This document shows positions 1-12,880 of a stretch of 59,023 nucleotides of DNA, piece by piece (position 1 is the stretch's first letter; each line of letters begins with the position of its first letter). The notes under the pieces were generated by a model, which was given only the letters and a program-made list of their open reading frames with translations, searched no databases and was not told where the DNA came from. Made by a program: the position numbers and the translations under genes. The stretch is from positions 6,652,104 through 6,711,126 of the forward strand of contig NC_057750.1 of NCBI RefSeq assembly GCF_004010195.1, in the 5' to 3' direction. This DNA comes from Chiloscyllium plagiosum. Its lineage: Eukaryota.

Positions 1-29
1 CTCGAGGAGATGTCAGCGATCTAGTTCTC

Positions 30-135
30 TAGGTGGGTGTCTGTGGGTGGGTGTCTGTGGGTGAGTGTCTGTGGGTGGGTGTCCGTGGGTGGGTGTCTGT
101 GGGTGGGTGTCTGTGGGTGAGTGTCTGTGGGTCTG
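30..135. repeat. 14-bp tandem repeat (GGGTGGGTGTCTGT), about 7 copies
   Basis: Directly visible reiteration with occasional GAGT variants. Confidence 0.85.
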
Positions 136-174
136 GTCAGCGACCTGCATGAGGATTATTGCTGCCTCCTTCAG

Positions 175-337
175 ATATCGAACTGGTGGCTCGTGTTGTT
201 GACCCAGCTCCCCCAGAGTCTGACAGAATCCTGAGGCAGTGAGTCACGGAGGAAGAGAGAGAGAGAGAGACCCAGAGAGAGAGAGAGAGAGGGGCAGAAC
301 CCAGAGTCCAGCGACATTGTGGAAGACATGGACTGAG
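175..337 (+). other. Candidate upstream (probably 5'UTR) exon of the LBH-domain gene
   Basis: Acceptor ctccttcAG|175 and donor GAG|GTAAAC at 338; alternative donor GCA|GTGAGT at 239. All three frames contain a stop by position 243. Confidence 0.35.
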
Positions 338-1848
338 GTAAACCATACCCTGAGTCACTGCTCAGTCTTGTCCGACCCTAATCTCCAATCCATTTACCAG
401 CAGAGAACTTATTTAATGTAAAAATCGTCCAATTCCTTTACCCAATCCTTTTTCCTCCCCGTTCAAATTTTGTTCCTCAACATTTTCCTCCAACAAACTT
501 CCCATTCCCTTTCAATTTCAGCATTCCGTCTTCGTTCTGAATTTCCCATCCCCCATTATTTGTATTCTCCCCTTTGCCTTTGACTCCATCTTGCTCCACC
601 CACAATGCCCTTGACCTCCCTCCGTTCTGTCCCCAGTTCTTACTGATTGAAAGCCTCTTCATGGTTGGTGCAGGGCTGGGAAGGGGGCAGTGATGTTGGC
701 AGGGAGGTGGTGAGGCCAGGGATGGGGTTGAGCGGAGAGTGGGTGCACATGGAAGGGGAGAGATCCCAATGCATCAAATCCTGCCCAATGGCGCCCAATA
801 TTTCAATTCAGTAGATCGTGCGATTGGTTCCTGAGATGACAAGGTTGGGGGGTGTGGGAGTTTCTTAAGATGAGGCATTAGGTAAACTGGGTCAATTTGG
901 GGTCTTAATTCTCTAGCATTTCGGAGATTTGAGAGGCGAGCTCATTGAATACTCGAAAATAATTAAAGGGACAGACAGAAAGTCAACCTCACTTCAGAAG
1001 ACAGTCTCTCTATCTCCAATATCGACCGAGTGAACCATCTCTGTGGACTGTCTTTGATTCCAGTGTATCTTTCCTTGAATAAGCCATCCAAACTGCCCAT
1101 GCTAGTCCAGCCATGGTCTGACCAGTGTCTTAGAATCCCTACAGTGTGGAAGCAGGCCATTCAGCCCATCGAAGGGCAGAATGGCCTACTCCTGCACCTA
1201 TTGTCTATTGTCTATTGTCTATCGAGACCACACCGACCCTCCCAAGAACATTCCATCTATACCCTATCCCTGTAACCCTGCATTTCCCATGGGTAACCCA
1301 CCAGGCTTGCACGTTCCTAGGCACAACGGGGCAACTTACTCGGCCAATCCACCCTAACGTGCGCATTTTTCTTCCCCCATCAACCAATGGCAGATTTGAA
1401 ACTGTGATGAAGATGAATTATTTCTCTCGAAGGGTGGTGAATGCATAGGGTCTGCTACCCCAGAGTATGGGACACGCCGAGAGACTGAATAAGGAGGGGG
1501 GTTGTAACTAGGATCGGGCTGAAGGGGCAGGAGGAGTGAGCAGGAAAGTGGAGTTAAGGCCGAGGTGAGATAGTATTGAACGGTGAACCGTGCCTGAGGG
1601 GCAGAGTCCAGTAAGGGTGGTAGTGAGCTGCCCCCTGTACTTACCACAAAGATTTTCTTGCTCACTTCAGACGGAGGCTCAGAGTCCAACATACTGACTG
1701 ACCTTGGGAACTCATTACCGCCTGGTGGCAGACGGGCAGGGTATACTGAGAGGGAGGGTCAATGCCCACCCCACGAACACCGTTTGATTCTGGAATGTTG
1801 CTGAGGTTCTGAAGCATTTCCCATCTCTCTGTCTCTCTCTGCCCCCAG

Positions 1849-1929
1849 CCTTACGCAGCCCCGCTCACCCAGGAATCTGCAATGGAAAACGTCAGCCTGA
1901 AGGAAAATGTGGAACACCTTCCCGTCCAG
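1849..1929 (+). CDS. LBH-domain gene, first recognisable coding exon (PYAAPLTQESA-MENVSLKENVEHLPVQ; ATG at 1882)
   Basis: Long polypyrimidine acceptor ctctctgcccccAG and donor CAG|GTCAGT; 81 nt, phase 0. Peptide aligns with LBH MEEIGLSPRKDGLSYQ, and the intron falls at the Q|IFPDP junction as recalled for LBH. Confidence 0.8.
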
Positions 1930-2015
1930 GTCAGTGCGAAAAGCTTCCTGTAGGTTCCACCACTTTGTCACGATTCAGTACCGTCCATCATTCATTACCC
2001 CTTCAGCTCACATAC

Positions 2016-2837
2016 AGTGCTGAGGGAGTGGGCACTGTCGGAGGGTCAGTGCTGAGGGAGTGCTGCAATGTCGGAGGGTCAGTGCTGAGGGAGTGGGCAC
2101 TGTCCGAGGGTCAATACTGAGAGAGTGAGCACTGTCAGAAGGTCAGTTCTGAGGGAGCGCTGCATTGTCGGAGGGTCAGTGCTTAGGGAGTGGATACTGT
2201 CGGAGGATCAGTGCTGAGGGAACACTGCACTGTCGGAGAGTCAGTACTGAGGGAGTGCTGCAATGTCGGAGGGTCAGTGCTGAGAGAGTGTCCCACTGTC
2301 GGAGGGTCAGTGCTGAGGGAGTGCCGCACTGTCAGAGGGTCAGTGCTGAGGGAGTGCCGCACTGTCGGAGGGTCAGTGCTGAGGGAGTGCCGCAATGTCG
2401 GAGGATCAGTGCTGAGGGAGTGCCGCACTGTCAGAGGATCAGTGCTGAGGGAGTGCTGCACTGTCGGAGGGTCAGTGCTGACGGAGTGGGCACTGTCGGA
2501 GGGTCAGTGCTGAGGGAGTGCTGCACTGACGGAGGGTCAGTACTGAGGGAGCGCCACACTGTCGGAGGGTCAGTGCAGAGGGAGTGCCGCACTGTCAGAG
2601 GATCAGTGCTGAGGGAGCGCAGCACTGTCGGATGGTCAGTGCTGATGGAGCGCTGCACTGTCGGAGGGTCAATGCTGAGGGAGCTCTGCACTGTCGGAGG
2701 GTCAGTGCTGAGGGAGTGCCGCAGTGTCGGAGGGTCAGTGCTGAGAGAGTGCCGCACTGTCGGAGGGTCAGTGCTGAGGGAGTGGGCACTGTCGGAGGGT
2801 CAGTGCTGAGGGAGTGGGCACTGTCGGAGGGTCAGTG
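2016..2837 (+). repeat. 32/33-bp minisatellite (CAGTGCTGAGGGAGTGCCGCACTGTCGGAGGGT), about 25 copies, resembling part of the DeuSINE Deu domain
   Basis: Unit period 33 nt (e.g. 2341 to 2374); explains the 11-aa repeat ORFs in the track. Confidence 0.9.
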
Positions 2838-5001
2838 TGTCAGAGATCCCATCTCTAAGTGAGATATCATATGAAGGTCCTGTATGTTCTCTCTGGGTGT
2901 TAGAAATGGTTATGCAACATTTGCACAAGATCCTGTGATGAAATAACGGCCAACTGGTCTGTGCTCCCGATGTTAGTTAAAGAATAAGTATTGTTCGGCA
3001 CGCCCGGGAGAGCTTGTATCTACACCGATCCAACCAACAGCAACATGGTTAGTTTGAGTCCATCAACTCCATCCCCACACCTGGGGGACAATGGTGTGCT
3101 TGTAATGTGTCTGCACTCAGTATTTCTTAAGGCCTGGCTAATGCTGTTAGCCAAGGGTTCAAATCCCACCAATGCCGCCAGTGTTGTTTAATTTTAATTA
3201 ATAAATTTGACTGTCGGGGGTCTGGATGCAATTGTCAAGTGTTGGAAAAACCCATCAGTTTCACCTGACAGAAGGAAATCTGCCATCCTTACCCCGTCTG
3301 GCCTACAAATGACTCCAGACCCACAGCGATGGGGTTGACTCTTAAACTGCCCTCCCGCGGCGATTAGAGATCGGGCAATAAGAGTTGGCCCAGCCAGAGA
3401 CAGCCTCATCCTGTGAGCCTGCACCTCCCAGACGGGACTGAATCGACCCAGCTCAGACTGGAGGACAGATCGAAGCATTTCAAAATGGCTCCCTTTCTGC
3501 AACATTACTGTTTCAATGCAAGTGCCCTCCCTGCATTTCACACGGGGGACAAAGCCAGTATTTATTGCCCCTCTGGAATTACCCCTTGAGCTTTCTGGAA
3601 CTGAGTGCCCTTCAAGGCCACTTTGTTAAATTTAATTCACAGGATGAGGGTGTTCCTGCCTAGGCCCAGCATTTGTTGCCCCGTCCCTAATTGCCCCAGA
3701 GAGCTGGAAAGCGTCGACCCCATTGCTGTGGGTCAGGAGTCACGTGTAGGCCAGACCGGGTAAGGATGGCAGTTTTCTTTCCTGAAGGACATTTGGGAAC
3801 CCGATGGGTTTTCACAACAATTGACACTGGATTCCTGATCATCATTAGACTCAGAATTCCCAGAATTTTATTGAATTCAAATTCCAACATCTGCCCTGGC
3901 AGGATTTGAACCCGGATCCCCGGGGCATGATGTCCAGAGAGAATACCCCTAGGCCATTCCACACCCAACCCCCATCCCTGAACTACAGGAGAGAGCGTGG
4001 TGAGGGAATGGAACTGACTGATGTCTGATGAGCCAGCACAAACTCAGTAGACCGAATGGCCTGTGGCTTAAATGACTCTCGTCAGCTACAATGATTCCCA
4101 TGTAGGGTAAAGTGAAATTACTCCGGTATCCCATTCCCCCTCTATTTTCACAGGGAGAGTCCCTGATACTGACCCAGCTCCCTCAGAGCCAGCGAACAGA
4201 ATCTCCTGACATTCCTGTCAGCCAGGGCTCCCTGATTGGACCCGGTTAACAGCCCCAACCAGGGAACTCCTATTCTCTGAGGTCCAGCTGGCTGTCCCTT
4301 TTCCAAACGCTCCAATAAGGAGGGCAGCTTTCAATCCCATCAGTGAACAGGTTGTTGTGATCACTGTCCTGTTGGCGTGTAATTGTTCCAGACTGGAACT
4401 TTACAATTCCCACAGGCTCCTTCCAGCGATATGAACATTCCGTAACTGCCCTTCACATGTTCAGTGGCTGGCCTCACTGACGGAAGCCTCTGTAAACAGT
4501 GTAGCAGTAGGCCATTCAGCCCCTCCAGCCTGCTCTACTAGCCAATAAGATCAGATTACAGCTGGAAACCCACTCTCAGGCCTGGCTCCCATCCACCAGG
4601 CCATCAAAGACCTGTCCAACTCAAAGCCACCATAGCATCCCTACAGTGTGGAAGCTAACCATTCAGCCCCGACTGACCCTCCCAAAGGTTATCCCACCCA
4701 GACCCACAGCCACACCCTATTCCCAGAACCCCACATTCCTCATGGATAATCCACCCTACCCTGCATATCCCAGGGCACTATGGGTAATTTGCAACGCCAA
4801 TCCACAATAACCTGCACATCGTTGGACTGTGGGGGGAAACCCACGCAGACACGGGGAGAATGTGCAAACTCACCCCCCAAACCAAAGGCTCACTACGAGA
4901 AAACAAAAGATCAACTCAATCATTCCTCTTATTGTGAAACAGTGCTCTTCAGATTGGGGGGTCACTCAACAACCTCCGCAACGAGGGCTGTATTTGCTCA
5001 G

Positions 5002-5340
5002 CATTCCCCCCACCCCCTCACCCCCATCAATCCCCCTCAGTATCCCCCCACCCCGTCACCCTCATCAATCCCCCTCAGTATCCCCCCTCACCCCCATCAA
5101 TNNNNNNNNNNNNNNNNNNNNNNNNNNNNNNNNNNNNNNNNNNNNNNNNNNNNNNNNNNNNNNNNNNNNNNNNNNNNNNNNNNNNNNNNNNNNNNNNNNN
5201 NNNNNNNNNNNNNNNNNNNNNNNNNNNNNNNNNNNNNNNNNNNNNNNNNNNNNNNNNNNNNNNNNNNNNNNNNNNNNNNNNNNNNNNNNNNNNNNNNNNN
5301 NNNNNNNNNNNNNNNNNNNNCCCCATCAAACCCCCTCAGG
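5002..5340. repeat. C-rich minisatellite (CCCCCATCAATCCCCCTCAGTAT...) spanning assembly gap 5102-5320
   Basis: Same unit on both sides of the N-run. Confidence 0.75.
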
Positions 5341-5514
5341 ATTCTGTATGCTTCAGTATGATCACCTCCCGTGCTTCCAAACTCCAAATGAGTGACATCC
5401 CAACCTCCTCACCCTTTCCTCATCAGGTAATCCTTTCAACTCAGGAAGGACCTGCCCCCATTCCCCAATTACCTATTGGGCTTGCCAACATACATTGGTC
5501 AAACCAGACTTCAA

Positions 5515-5935
5515 GTCATAGAGATATACAGCACAGGAACAGACCCTTCGGTCTAACTTGTCCATGTTGACCCGATATCCCAACCCAATCTAGTCCCACC
5601 TGCCAGCACCCAGCCCATATCCCTCCAAACCCTTCCTATTCACATACCCATCCTAATGCCTTTGAAATGTTGTAATTGTACCAGCCTCCGCCACTTCCTC
5701 TGGCAGCTCGTTCCATACACACACCATCCTCTGTGTGAAAAAGTTGCCCATTTGGTCCATTTTATATCTTTCCCCTCTCACCCTAAACCTATGCCCTCTA
5801 GTTCTGGACTCCCCCACCCCAGGGAAAAGACTTTGTCTATTTACCCTATCCATGGCCCTCATAATTTTGTAAACCTCTATAAGGTCACCCCTCAGCCTCT
5901 AACGCTTCAGGGAAAACAGCCCCAGCCTCTCTCTG
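5515..5935 (-). mobile_element. CR1/HER1-type LINE 3' fragment
   Basis: Minus ORF MRAMDRVNRQSLFPGVGESRTRGHRFRV...FFTQR...WNELP is the CR1 ORF2 C-terminus; followed by the 3'UTR and CTATGAC tail. Confidence 0.9.
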
Positions 5936-6805
5936 TAGCTATTTTGTGCTGAACTATAGCTCAAAAAAGACCTTGAGTGTGAATAGCCAATGTCTTTTCC
6001 CAGGTGTAAGGTCAATTTTAAAAGTTTTATTCTATGTTTCATTATCATATATAAGATAATTCGTACCTGAGAGGATAAAGGTAAGCTTTACTCTCCAGAT
6101 TATAAAGGGCGGCTCACAACTGCACCATAAGGTCATCAGTAACAGGACCACAATCCCAGAGGCTCACTCTCCCATTGGGGATGGGGCTGTTGTTTAACCT
6201 GATGCTCACCACTCCTCAGGTGAGGGGGAGATTGAGAAGACGAGACCGTCATTGTAACCTCAGCCACTGCAGGAATTGAACCACGCTGTGGGTGTCGGGT
6301 CCATATTGGGAACCAGCCACCCATCCAGCCAACTGAGCTAACCGGCCCTCTCTACGTTCGGCAGGATATACAGTGCAACAGTGACGTTTTTCACATATAG
6401 TGGGGTATGGGGCTCACTGGCTGGCCAGGATTTATTGCCCATCCCTAATTACCCCTTGAGCAGGTGCCTTCTGGAACCGCTGCAGTCTGTAGTTAGACCC
6501 ATCATGCCTTTAGAGAGGGCGATCTTTCTGACAGTTAGCTGCAAGTATCTAAATCATAAAGTGAACTTAATCTGACGTCTCAGAAGAGGTGTTCATGTGC
6601 CTTTGATGTCAACAAAGTCCGGATCTATCTTCTACCGCAGGTTTTGTGGGGGTAACCCTGGGAGAGGTGACGGCCTAGTGGTACTGCCACTAGATTGTTC
6701 ATCCAGAGACTCTGGGACCCTGGTTTAAATCCTGGCTGGTGAAATTACAATCCAATAAAAATATGGAATTAAGGATTTAATGGGGATTATGAATCCATTG
6801 CCAGT

Positions 6806-7405
6806 TCATAGAATCCCTACAGTGTTGAAACAGGCCGTTCGGCCCAACAAGTCACACCGACCCTCTGAAGAGTGACATGTTCCCCCTACCCCATATTTAG
6901 CCCGACTAATGCACCTAACCTGCGCATCCCTGGGCACTATGGGGTAATTCAACACGGCCAATCCACCCTAACCTGCACATGCCTGGACACTATGGGACAA
7001 TTTAGCACGGCCAATCCACCCTAACATGCATATCCCTGGACACTATTGGACAATTTAGCACGGCCAATCCACCCTAACCTGCACATCCCTGGACACTATT
7101 GGACAATTTAGCACGGCCAATCCACCCTAACCTGCACATCCCTGGGTACTATGGGACAATTTAGCATGGCCAATCCACCCTAACCTGCACATCCCTAAAC
7201 ACTATGGGACAATTCAACACGGTCAATCTACCCTAACCTACACATCCCTGAACACTATGGGACAATTCAACATGGCCAATCCACCCTAACCTACAGATCC
7301 CTGGGCACTATGGGGCAATTCAACACAGTCAATCTACCCTAACCTACACATCCCTGAACACTATGGACAATTCAACACGGCCAATCCACCCTAACCTACA
7401 CATCG
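6806..7405 (-). mobile_element. HE1 SINE 3' part with about 9 tandem copies of an internal ~53-bp unit
   Basis: CATAGAATCCCTACAGTG tail, then repeated ...AATTTAGCACGGCCAATCCACCCTAACCTGCACATCCCTGGACACTAT... Confidence 0.85.
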
Positions 7406-8387
7406 TTGCATTGTTGAGAAAAGCCCCATCTGGGTCACTAATGTCCTTCAGGGAAGGAATCTGCCATCCTTACCTGGTCTGGGCCTACACGTGACTCCAG
7501 ACCCACAGCAATGGGGTTAACACTTAACTACTCTCTGGGCAGTTAGTGCGTGACCCAGCCAGCGAACCCATGAGGGAATTTAAGAAAAAAAAATTGAATT
7601 TAGCAACTTCAACTCAACCAACCAGACATTGGTGGCAGTAAATCTACCCAAAACATTTCATATGGGGACCATCTGCAGATTGTGTTTATCTACAAAACCT
7701 GTCCATCTCTGCGACCTCCTCTAGCCACTGAACTCTCCAAAGGCCAAATTATGGCCCTCCTCTGGCCCTGGCATCATTTCTTCATTCTTGGCGCCACCAC
7801 CCCCACCTTTACCTTCAAATTCTGGAACTCCCTCGCCCTCTTCCCCACCTCAAAACCGGCCCCCACCTCACGACCGGGGCGCACTCCCCTCAGTACAAGC
7901 TCAGTCTCCCAGCAGTGTAGGGTCAGCCTCTTGGGTCGTCCTTTCCAACTGATTGGCGCTAGATCAATGCAGGAGGCATTGCAGTGACACTGACAAGTGC
8001 TTCGAGGGATTTAGTTTGTTGCAATCGCTGTTCATCTGTGACATTAATCACAGGCCAGAGACTGATTGCTGGCGATAGCTAACACAGGCACGCAGCTATT
8101 TATAATGGGATTAAAATAACTCCCTGGGCAGCAGTGACAAAGTGCAGAGAAAATATCGAGGCTAAATCTGGGCCAAGGAAATGGCACAAAAGGTCTCTGG
8201 TTACACAGACTGCATCAGCTGCTCTGTAACTGGGGGTATTATTTAAAGGGAGTACCTTGGGATGGTTGTTATACAGCCATTAACGGAAGTGAGGGTTGTT
8301 GGATAAGGTCATATAAGGCTCACGGCCTGGGAATATGGAGTAGATCATGGCCCATGGCCTGTGGTATTGTCGCTAGACTATTACTCC

Positions 8388-8610
8388 AGAGAACACCTCT
8401 GGGACACCTGGACCGACCAACCCAACCACCCTGTGGCTCAACACTTCAACTCCCCCTCCCACTCCACCAAGGACCTCCTCATTCCTGAAGAAGGGCTCAT
8501 GCCCGAAACGTCGATTCTCCTGCTCCTTAGATGCTGCCTGACCTGCTGCGCTTTTCCAGCAACACATTTCCAGCTCTGATCTCCAGCATCTGCAGTCCTC
8601 ACTTTCTCCT
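8388..8610 (+). mobile_element. Penelope-like element remnant (GIY-YIG C-terminal peptide plus terminal repeat with hammerhead-like core)
   Basis: Peptide EHLWDT...HPVAQHFNSPSHS; CTGAAGA-AGGGC-TCAT-GCCC-GAAA-CG-TC at 8485-8512. Confidence 0.7.
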
Positions 8611-8934
8611 ATTGCTCCAGAGACCCCAGATAACAATCTGGGCTCGAATCCCACCACAGATTGATGGTGGAATTTGAATTCGATAAAAATTAAGAATTCA
8701 ACAGGGACTAGGAGAGAGTGAGGACTGCAGATGCAGGAGATCAGAATTGAGAGTGTGGTGCTGGAAAAGCACAGGCAGCATCCGAGGAGCAGGAATGAAA
8801 ATCGACGATTCTCCTGCTCCTCAGATGTTGCCTGACCGGCTGTACTTTTCCAGCACCACACTCAAATTCAACGGGGACTATTTGATACCCTTACCAATAG
8901 TTGTCAAAACCCACTAATGTCACTCATCCTGCCA

Positions 8935-9232
8935 GTATGGAAGCAGGTTGTTGGACCCATCGAGCCCTCAGCCGACCCTCTGAAGCGCATCCCACAACCC
9001 CCCTGTTTCCCATGGCTCACGCACCCAGCCGACACATCCCTAGACACTACGGAGCAACTTAGCACGGCCAGTCCACCCTAAACTATACGTCTTCGGACTG
9101 TGGGAGGAAACCCACGCAGACACGGGGGGAAGAGTGTGCAAACTCCACCCAGACAGTTGCCTGAAGGTGGGATCGAACCTGGGTCCCTGGCGCCGTGAGG
9201 CAGCAGTGCTAACCACTGAGCCACCGTGCTGC
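8935..9232 (-). mobile_element. HE1 SINE (degenerate)
   Basis: Reverse complement of GCACGGTGGCTCAGTGGTTAGCACTGCTGCCTCAC (A box) and GGTTCGATCC (B box). Confidence 0.85.
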
Positions 9233-10034
9233 TCCAAATGCCCTTTCGAAAAGGGCGGCTCTGTGGTTGACTCTGTGGACAATTATGGACGGGCAATAAA
9301 TGCCGATCCAGTCAGCGACACCCACATCCTGTGGACAATAAAAGGGAAATTTGTACTGAGATGGGGAGAGATATCTCCACCCAGAGAGTGGGGGGTGGGG
9401 GGGGGGGGGGGCGAGCCTGAGGAATTCTCTGCCACAGAAAGCAGTTGAGGCCAAAGCATTCAATGTTTTCAAGGAGTTAGATACAATTCTCAGGGCTCAA
9501 GGGATCAAAGGGAATGGGAGAGAAACTGGGAACAGGGGATGGAGTTGGATGACCAGCCATGATCCTGGCTGGAGGGGCCGAATGGCCTACTCCGACTCCG
9601 ATGTAACGGCTCTGATGGGGTTAATGCCAGAGCTCCGCCCAATCCGATGACATGATGAGGCCATAGCTGGGGTCAGGAGGTCTCTCAACAGTTGTGCTTT
9701 AACAACGTCGAACTGACTGATGTCACTTGTAGCTGGGTGTTGTCATGCAACAAACACCACCTTGTTTACGACAAGCCCGTCTTCTCATTAAGACCCCCTC
9801 ATGGCTTCGCGCTCTCTCGCTCTCAGCCAATTTGGGGGCCGGGCAAGGCCGTAGGAGGTTAGTAGTGATTGGCATCGTAGCAGGGCACAGCAGACAATGG
9901 GGTCAATAGAAGGTGGACTGAGCACAGAGGGTGACAAACACAGACATGGTCCCAGCTCCCCCCAACAAACTCCCAATCATCGCCTCTGTCCATCAATGAA
10001 CCACCTCACACAAGCCCAACACAGGTCAGCTTTC

Positions 10035-11105
10035 GAACACAGAGTTCATCACAAAATAGCAGATGGAGTTCAATTTGGATAAATGCAAGATTTTGCACAT
10101 TGATACAGCACTCAGGGGGTGGGACTTATACAGATAATGGTGAGGCCTTGGGTAGTGTTGTCAAACAGAGGGACCTAATGGCTCAGGTACAGAATCCTTT
10201 GAAGTTTGCATCACATGTGGGCAGGGTGGTTAAGAAGGCGTTTAGCACGCTTGCCCTCATTGCTCAGACTTTTTGAGTATTAGAGTTGGGACGTCAAGAT
10301 GAGGTTGTACAGGACATTGGTGAGGCCTCTTCTGAATACTGCGTCCAGTTCTGGTCACCCTGTTATAGGAAGGATATTATTAAGCTGGAGAGGTTTACCA
10401 GGAAGTTGCTGGGTAAGGAGAAGGCTGGGACTTTTTTTCATTGGAGCGTAGGAGGGGTGTCTTGCAGAAATTTATAAGACCATGAGGGGTTTAGATGGGC
10501 AGCACCGTGGCACAGTGGTTAGCACTGCTGCCTCACAGCACCAGAGACCCAGGTTCAATTCCCGCCTCAGGCGACTGACTGTGTGGAGTTTGCACACTCT
10601 CCCCGTGTCTGCGTGGGTTTTCTCCGGATGCTCCGGTCTCCTCCCACAGTCCAAAGATGTGCAGGTTAAGTGAATTGGCCATGCTGAATTGCCCGTAGTG
10701 TTAGGTGAAGGGGTAAATGTAGGGGAATGGGTCTGGGTGGGTTGCGCTTCGGCGGGTCGGTGTGGACTTGTTGGGCCGAAGGGCCTGTTTCCACACTGTA
10801 AGTAATCTAATCTAAGATAGGGTTAATGGTCTCTTCCCCCTGGTGGGGGGTTTCAAGACTAGGGGGGACATTTTTAAGGTGAGAGCAGAGACATGAGGGG
10901 GAATTTTTTTACACAGAGTGTGATTTCATGTGTGGAATGAGGAAGTGGTGGACGTGGGGACAGTTACAATGTTTGAGAGATGTTTGGACGCAGGCATGAA
11001 TAGGAAAGGTTGGAGCAGACAGTTGGGGCGAGTTTACTTTGGGATTACAGTTTGGCCTGGACTAGGTGCTGCGTGTTTCTGTGCTGTGTGACTCTCTATG
11101 ACTCT
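10035..11105 (+). mobile_element. CR1/HER1 LINE 3' fragment with a nested full-length HE1 SINE (10498-10814)
   Basis: EYCVQFWSPCYRKDIIKLER motif; the LINE sequence GGGTTTAGAT/AGGGTTAAT is split by a SINE ending in TAATCTAATCTA. Confidence 0.88.
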
Positions 11106-11130
11106 GTAAATTGTGTATTCTGCCAATCCA

Positions 11131-11390
11131 GGGAGAGAGGGAGAGGGAGAGAGAGAGAGAGAGGGACAGAAAGACAGAGGAACAGAGAGAGAAGGGAACA
11201 GAGAGACAGAGAAAGAGGGACAGAAAGAGAGAGTGGGGCAGAGAGAGATAGAGAGAGAGAGAGGCAGAGACAGAGAGACAGAGTAACAGAAGTGAGAGAG
11301 AAAAGGGACATGGGGTCACAAGAGAGAGGGAAGGAGAGAGAGACGAGGAGAGAGAGAAAGTGGGGGGGGGAAGTGAGAGAGATACTTTCA
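11131..11390. repeat. Degenerate (GA)n/(GACA)n purine tract
   Basis: Direct inspection. Confidence 0.85.
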
Positions 11391-12034
11391 GACAACAATA
11401 TCACCGAGGCAGCCCTACACCGTCAGAAATCGGAGCTGTTGTCATGGCGATGGTAGTGTGATGGTGAAGTCACTGGGCTGGTACTGACGTGATCTTGGCT
11501 CATGTCTGGGGGAGTGAGTTCAAACTCCCCCCCCAAACCACTGGTGGAAGTGGATTCGATGATTAAAATCTGGAGCAGAAGTCTTTTCATGACAGCATCT
11601 GCCGTCCTTACCCAGTCTAGCTTACACGTGACTCTGGACCGACAGCGATGTGGGTAATTACTCTCCGAAATACATGAGTGAGACACGCAGTCCAGGGGGC
11701 AATTCAGGGTTGGCTAACAAATACCAGCCTTGCCCCCCCCCAGTGATGTCCCTTTCCCATGGAAGTATTGACATGTGTCTCTCACCTTGTGAATAAATGA
11801 TTGTGTGGATCTTTAAGACAATGTTGGAAGGTTTCGACACAATGTGCTGAGAGAGAAGGTTTCCCCTACTTGACCAAAAGCGTAATGAGAGGCCGTCAAC
11901 ATGAGATAGTCCCCAAGTGAGAATTCAGAACTACCACAAACCCCTACGTAATTTGAATGAAAGGACATTCCTTGTATTTGTAGGGAATGGCTCTCTCCAT
12001 GTGAATGTGCACTGATTCTGGACCTTGATCATGT

Positions 12035-12880
12035 TTGTGAAACTTGAAAGGGTTCAGAGCAGATTTACAAGGATGTTGCCAGGGTTGGAGGATCTGAGCT
12101 ACAGGGAGAGGCTGAACAGGCTGGGGCTGTTTGGAGGATTTGAGCTATAGGAAGAGGCTGAACAGTCTGGGGCTGTTTTCCCTGGAGTGTTGGAGGCTGA
12201 GACGTGACCTTATAGTGATTTACAAAATTATGAGGGGCATGGATAGGATAAATAGACAAGGCCTTTTTCCTGGGGTGGGGGAGTTCAGAGCTAGAGGGTA
12301 TAGGTTTAGGGTGAGAGGGGAGAGATATACAGTAGCTCAGTGGTTAGCACTGCTGCCTTACAGCACCAGCCTCAGGTAGCTGTCTGTGTGGAGTTTGCAC
12401 ATTCTCCCCGTGTCTGTGTGGGTGCTCCGGTTTCCTCCCACAGTCCAAAGATGTGCAGGTCAGTGTGGATTGGCCAGGCCAAATTGTCCAGAGTGTCCAG
12501 GGATGTGTCGGTTAGGTGCATGTAAAGTAATAGGGAAGGGGAATGGGTCTGGGTGGGTTAATCTTTGGAGGGTTGGTGTGGACTTGTTGGGCTGAAGGGC
12601 CTGTTTCCACACTGTAGGGATTCTATGATGATAATCCTATGATTTAAAGGGGCATCCTTTTCACACAGAGGGTGGTGCGTGTATGGAATGAGCTGCCAGA
12701 GGAAGTGGTGGAGGCTGGTACAATTACAGCATTTAAAAGGCATCTGGATGGGTATATGAATAGGGAGGGTTTGGAGGGATATGGGCCAAATACTGGACTA
12801 GATTAATTTAGGGTATTGGGTTAGCATGGATGAGTTGGACTGAAGGGTCTGTTTCTGTGCTGTACATCTCTATGACTTTA
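12035..12880 (+). mobile_element. CR1/HER1 LINE 3' fragment interrupted by an HE1 SINE (about 12330-12625)
   Basis: SYRKRLNSLGLFSLE...RRDLI...YKIMRG, then SINE A box, then the LINE resumes at ...TTCACACAGAGGGTGGT. Confidence 0.85.

Noticed and set aside
2165..2862. Long Cys/Arg or Val/Gly repeat ORFs
   Set aside because: They arise from a 33-bp minisatellite open on both strands.
9648..9725. Possible C/D snoRNA (ATGATGA at 9652, CTGA at 9717, TGACA/TGTCA ends)
   Set aside because: The terminal stem overlaps box C, which is the wrong K-turn register, and I could not identify an rRNA/snRNA guide complement. A snoscan/Rfam search would settle it.
9739..11451. Two RFX X-box-like motifs (9739-9751, 11438-11451) as an internal promoter
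   Set aside because: Both are imperfect and there is no other promoter evidence.
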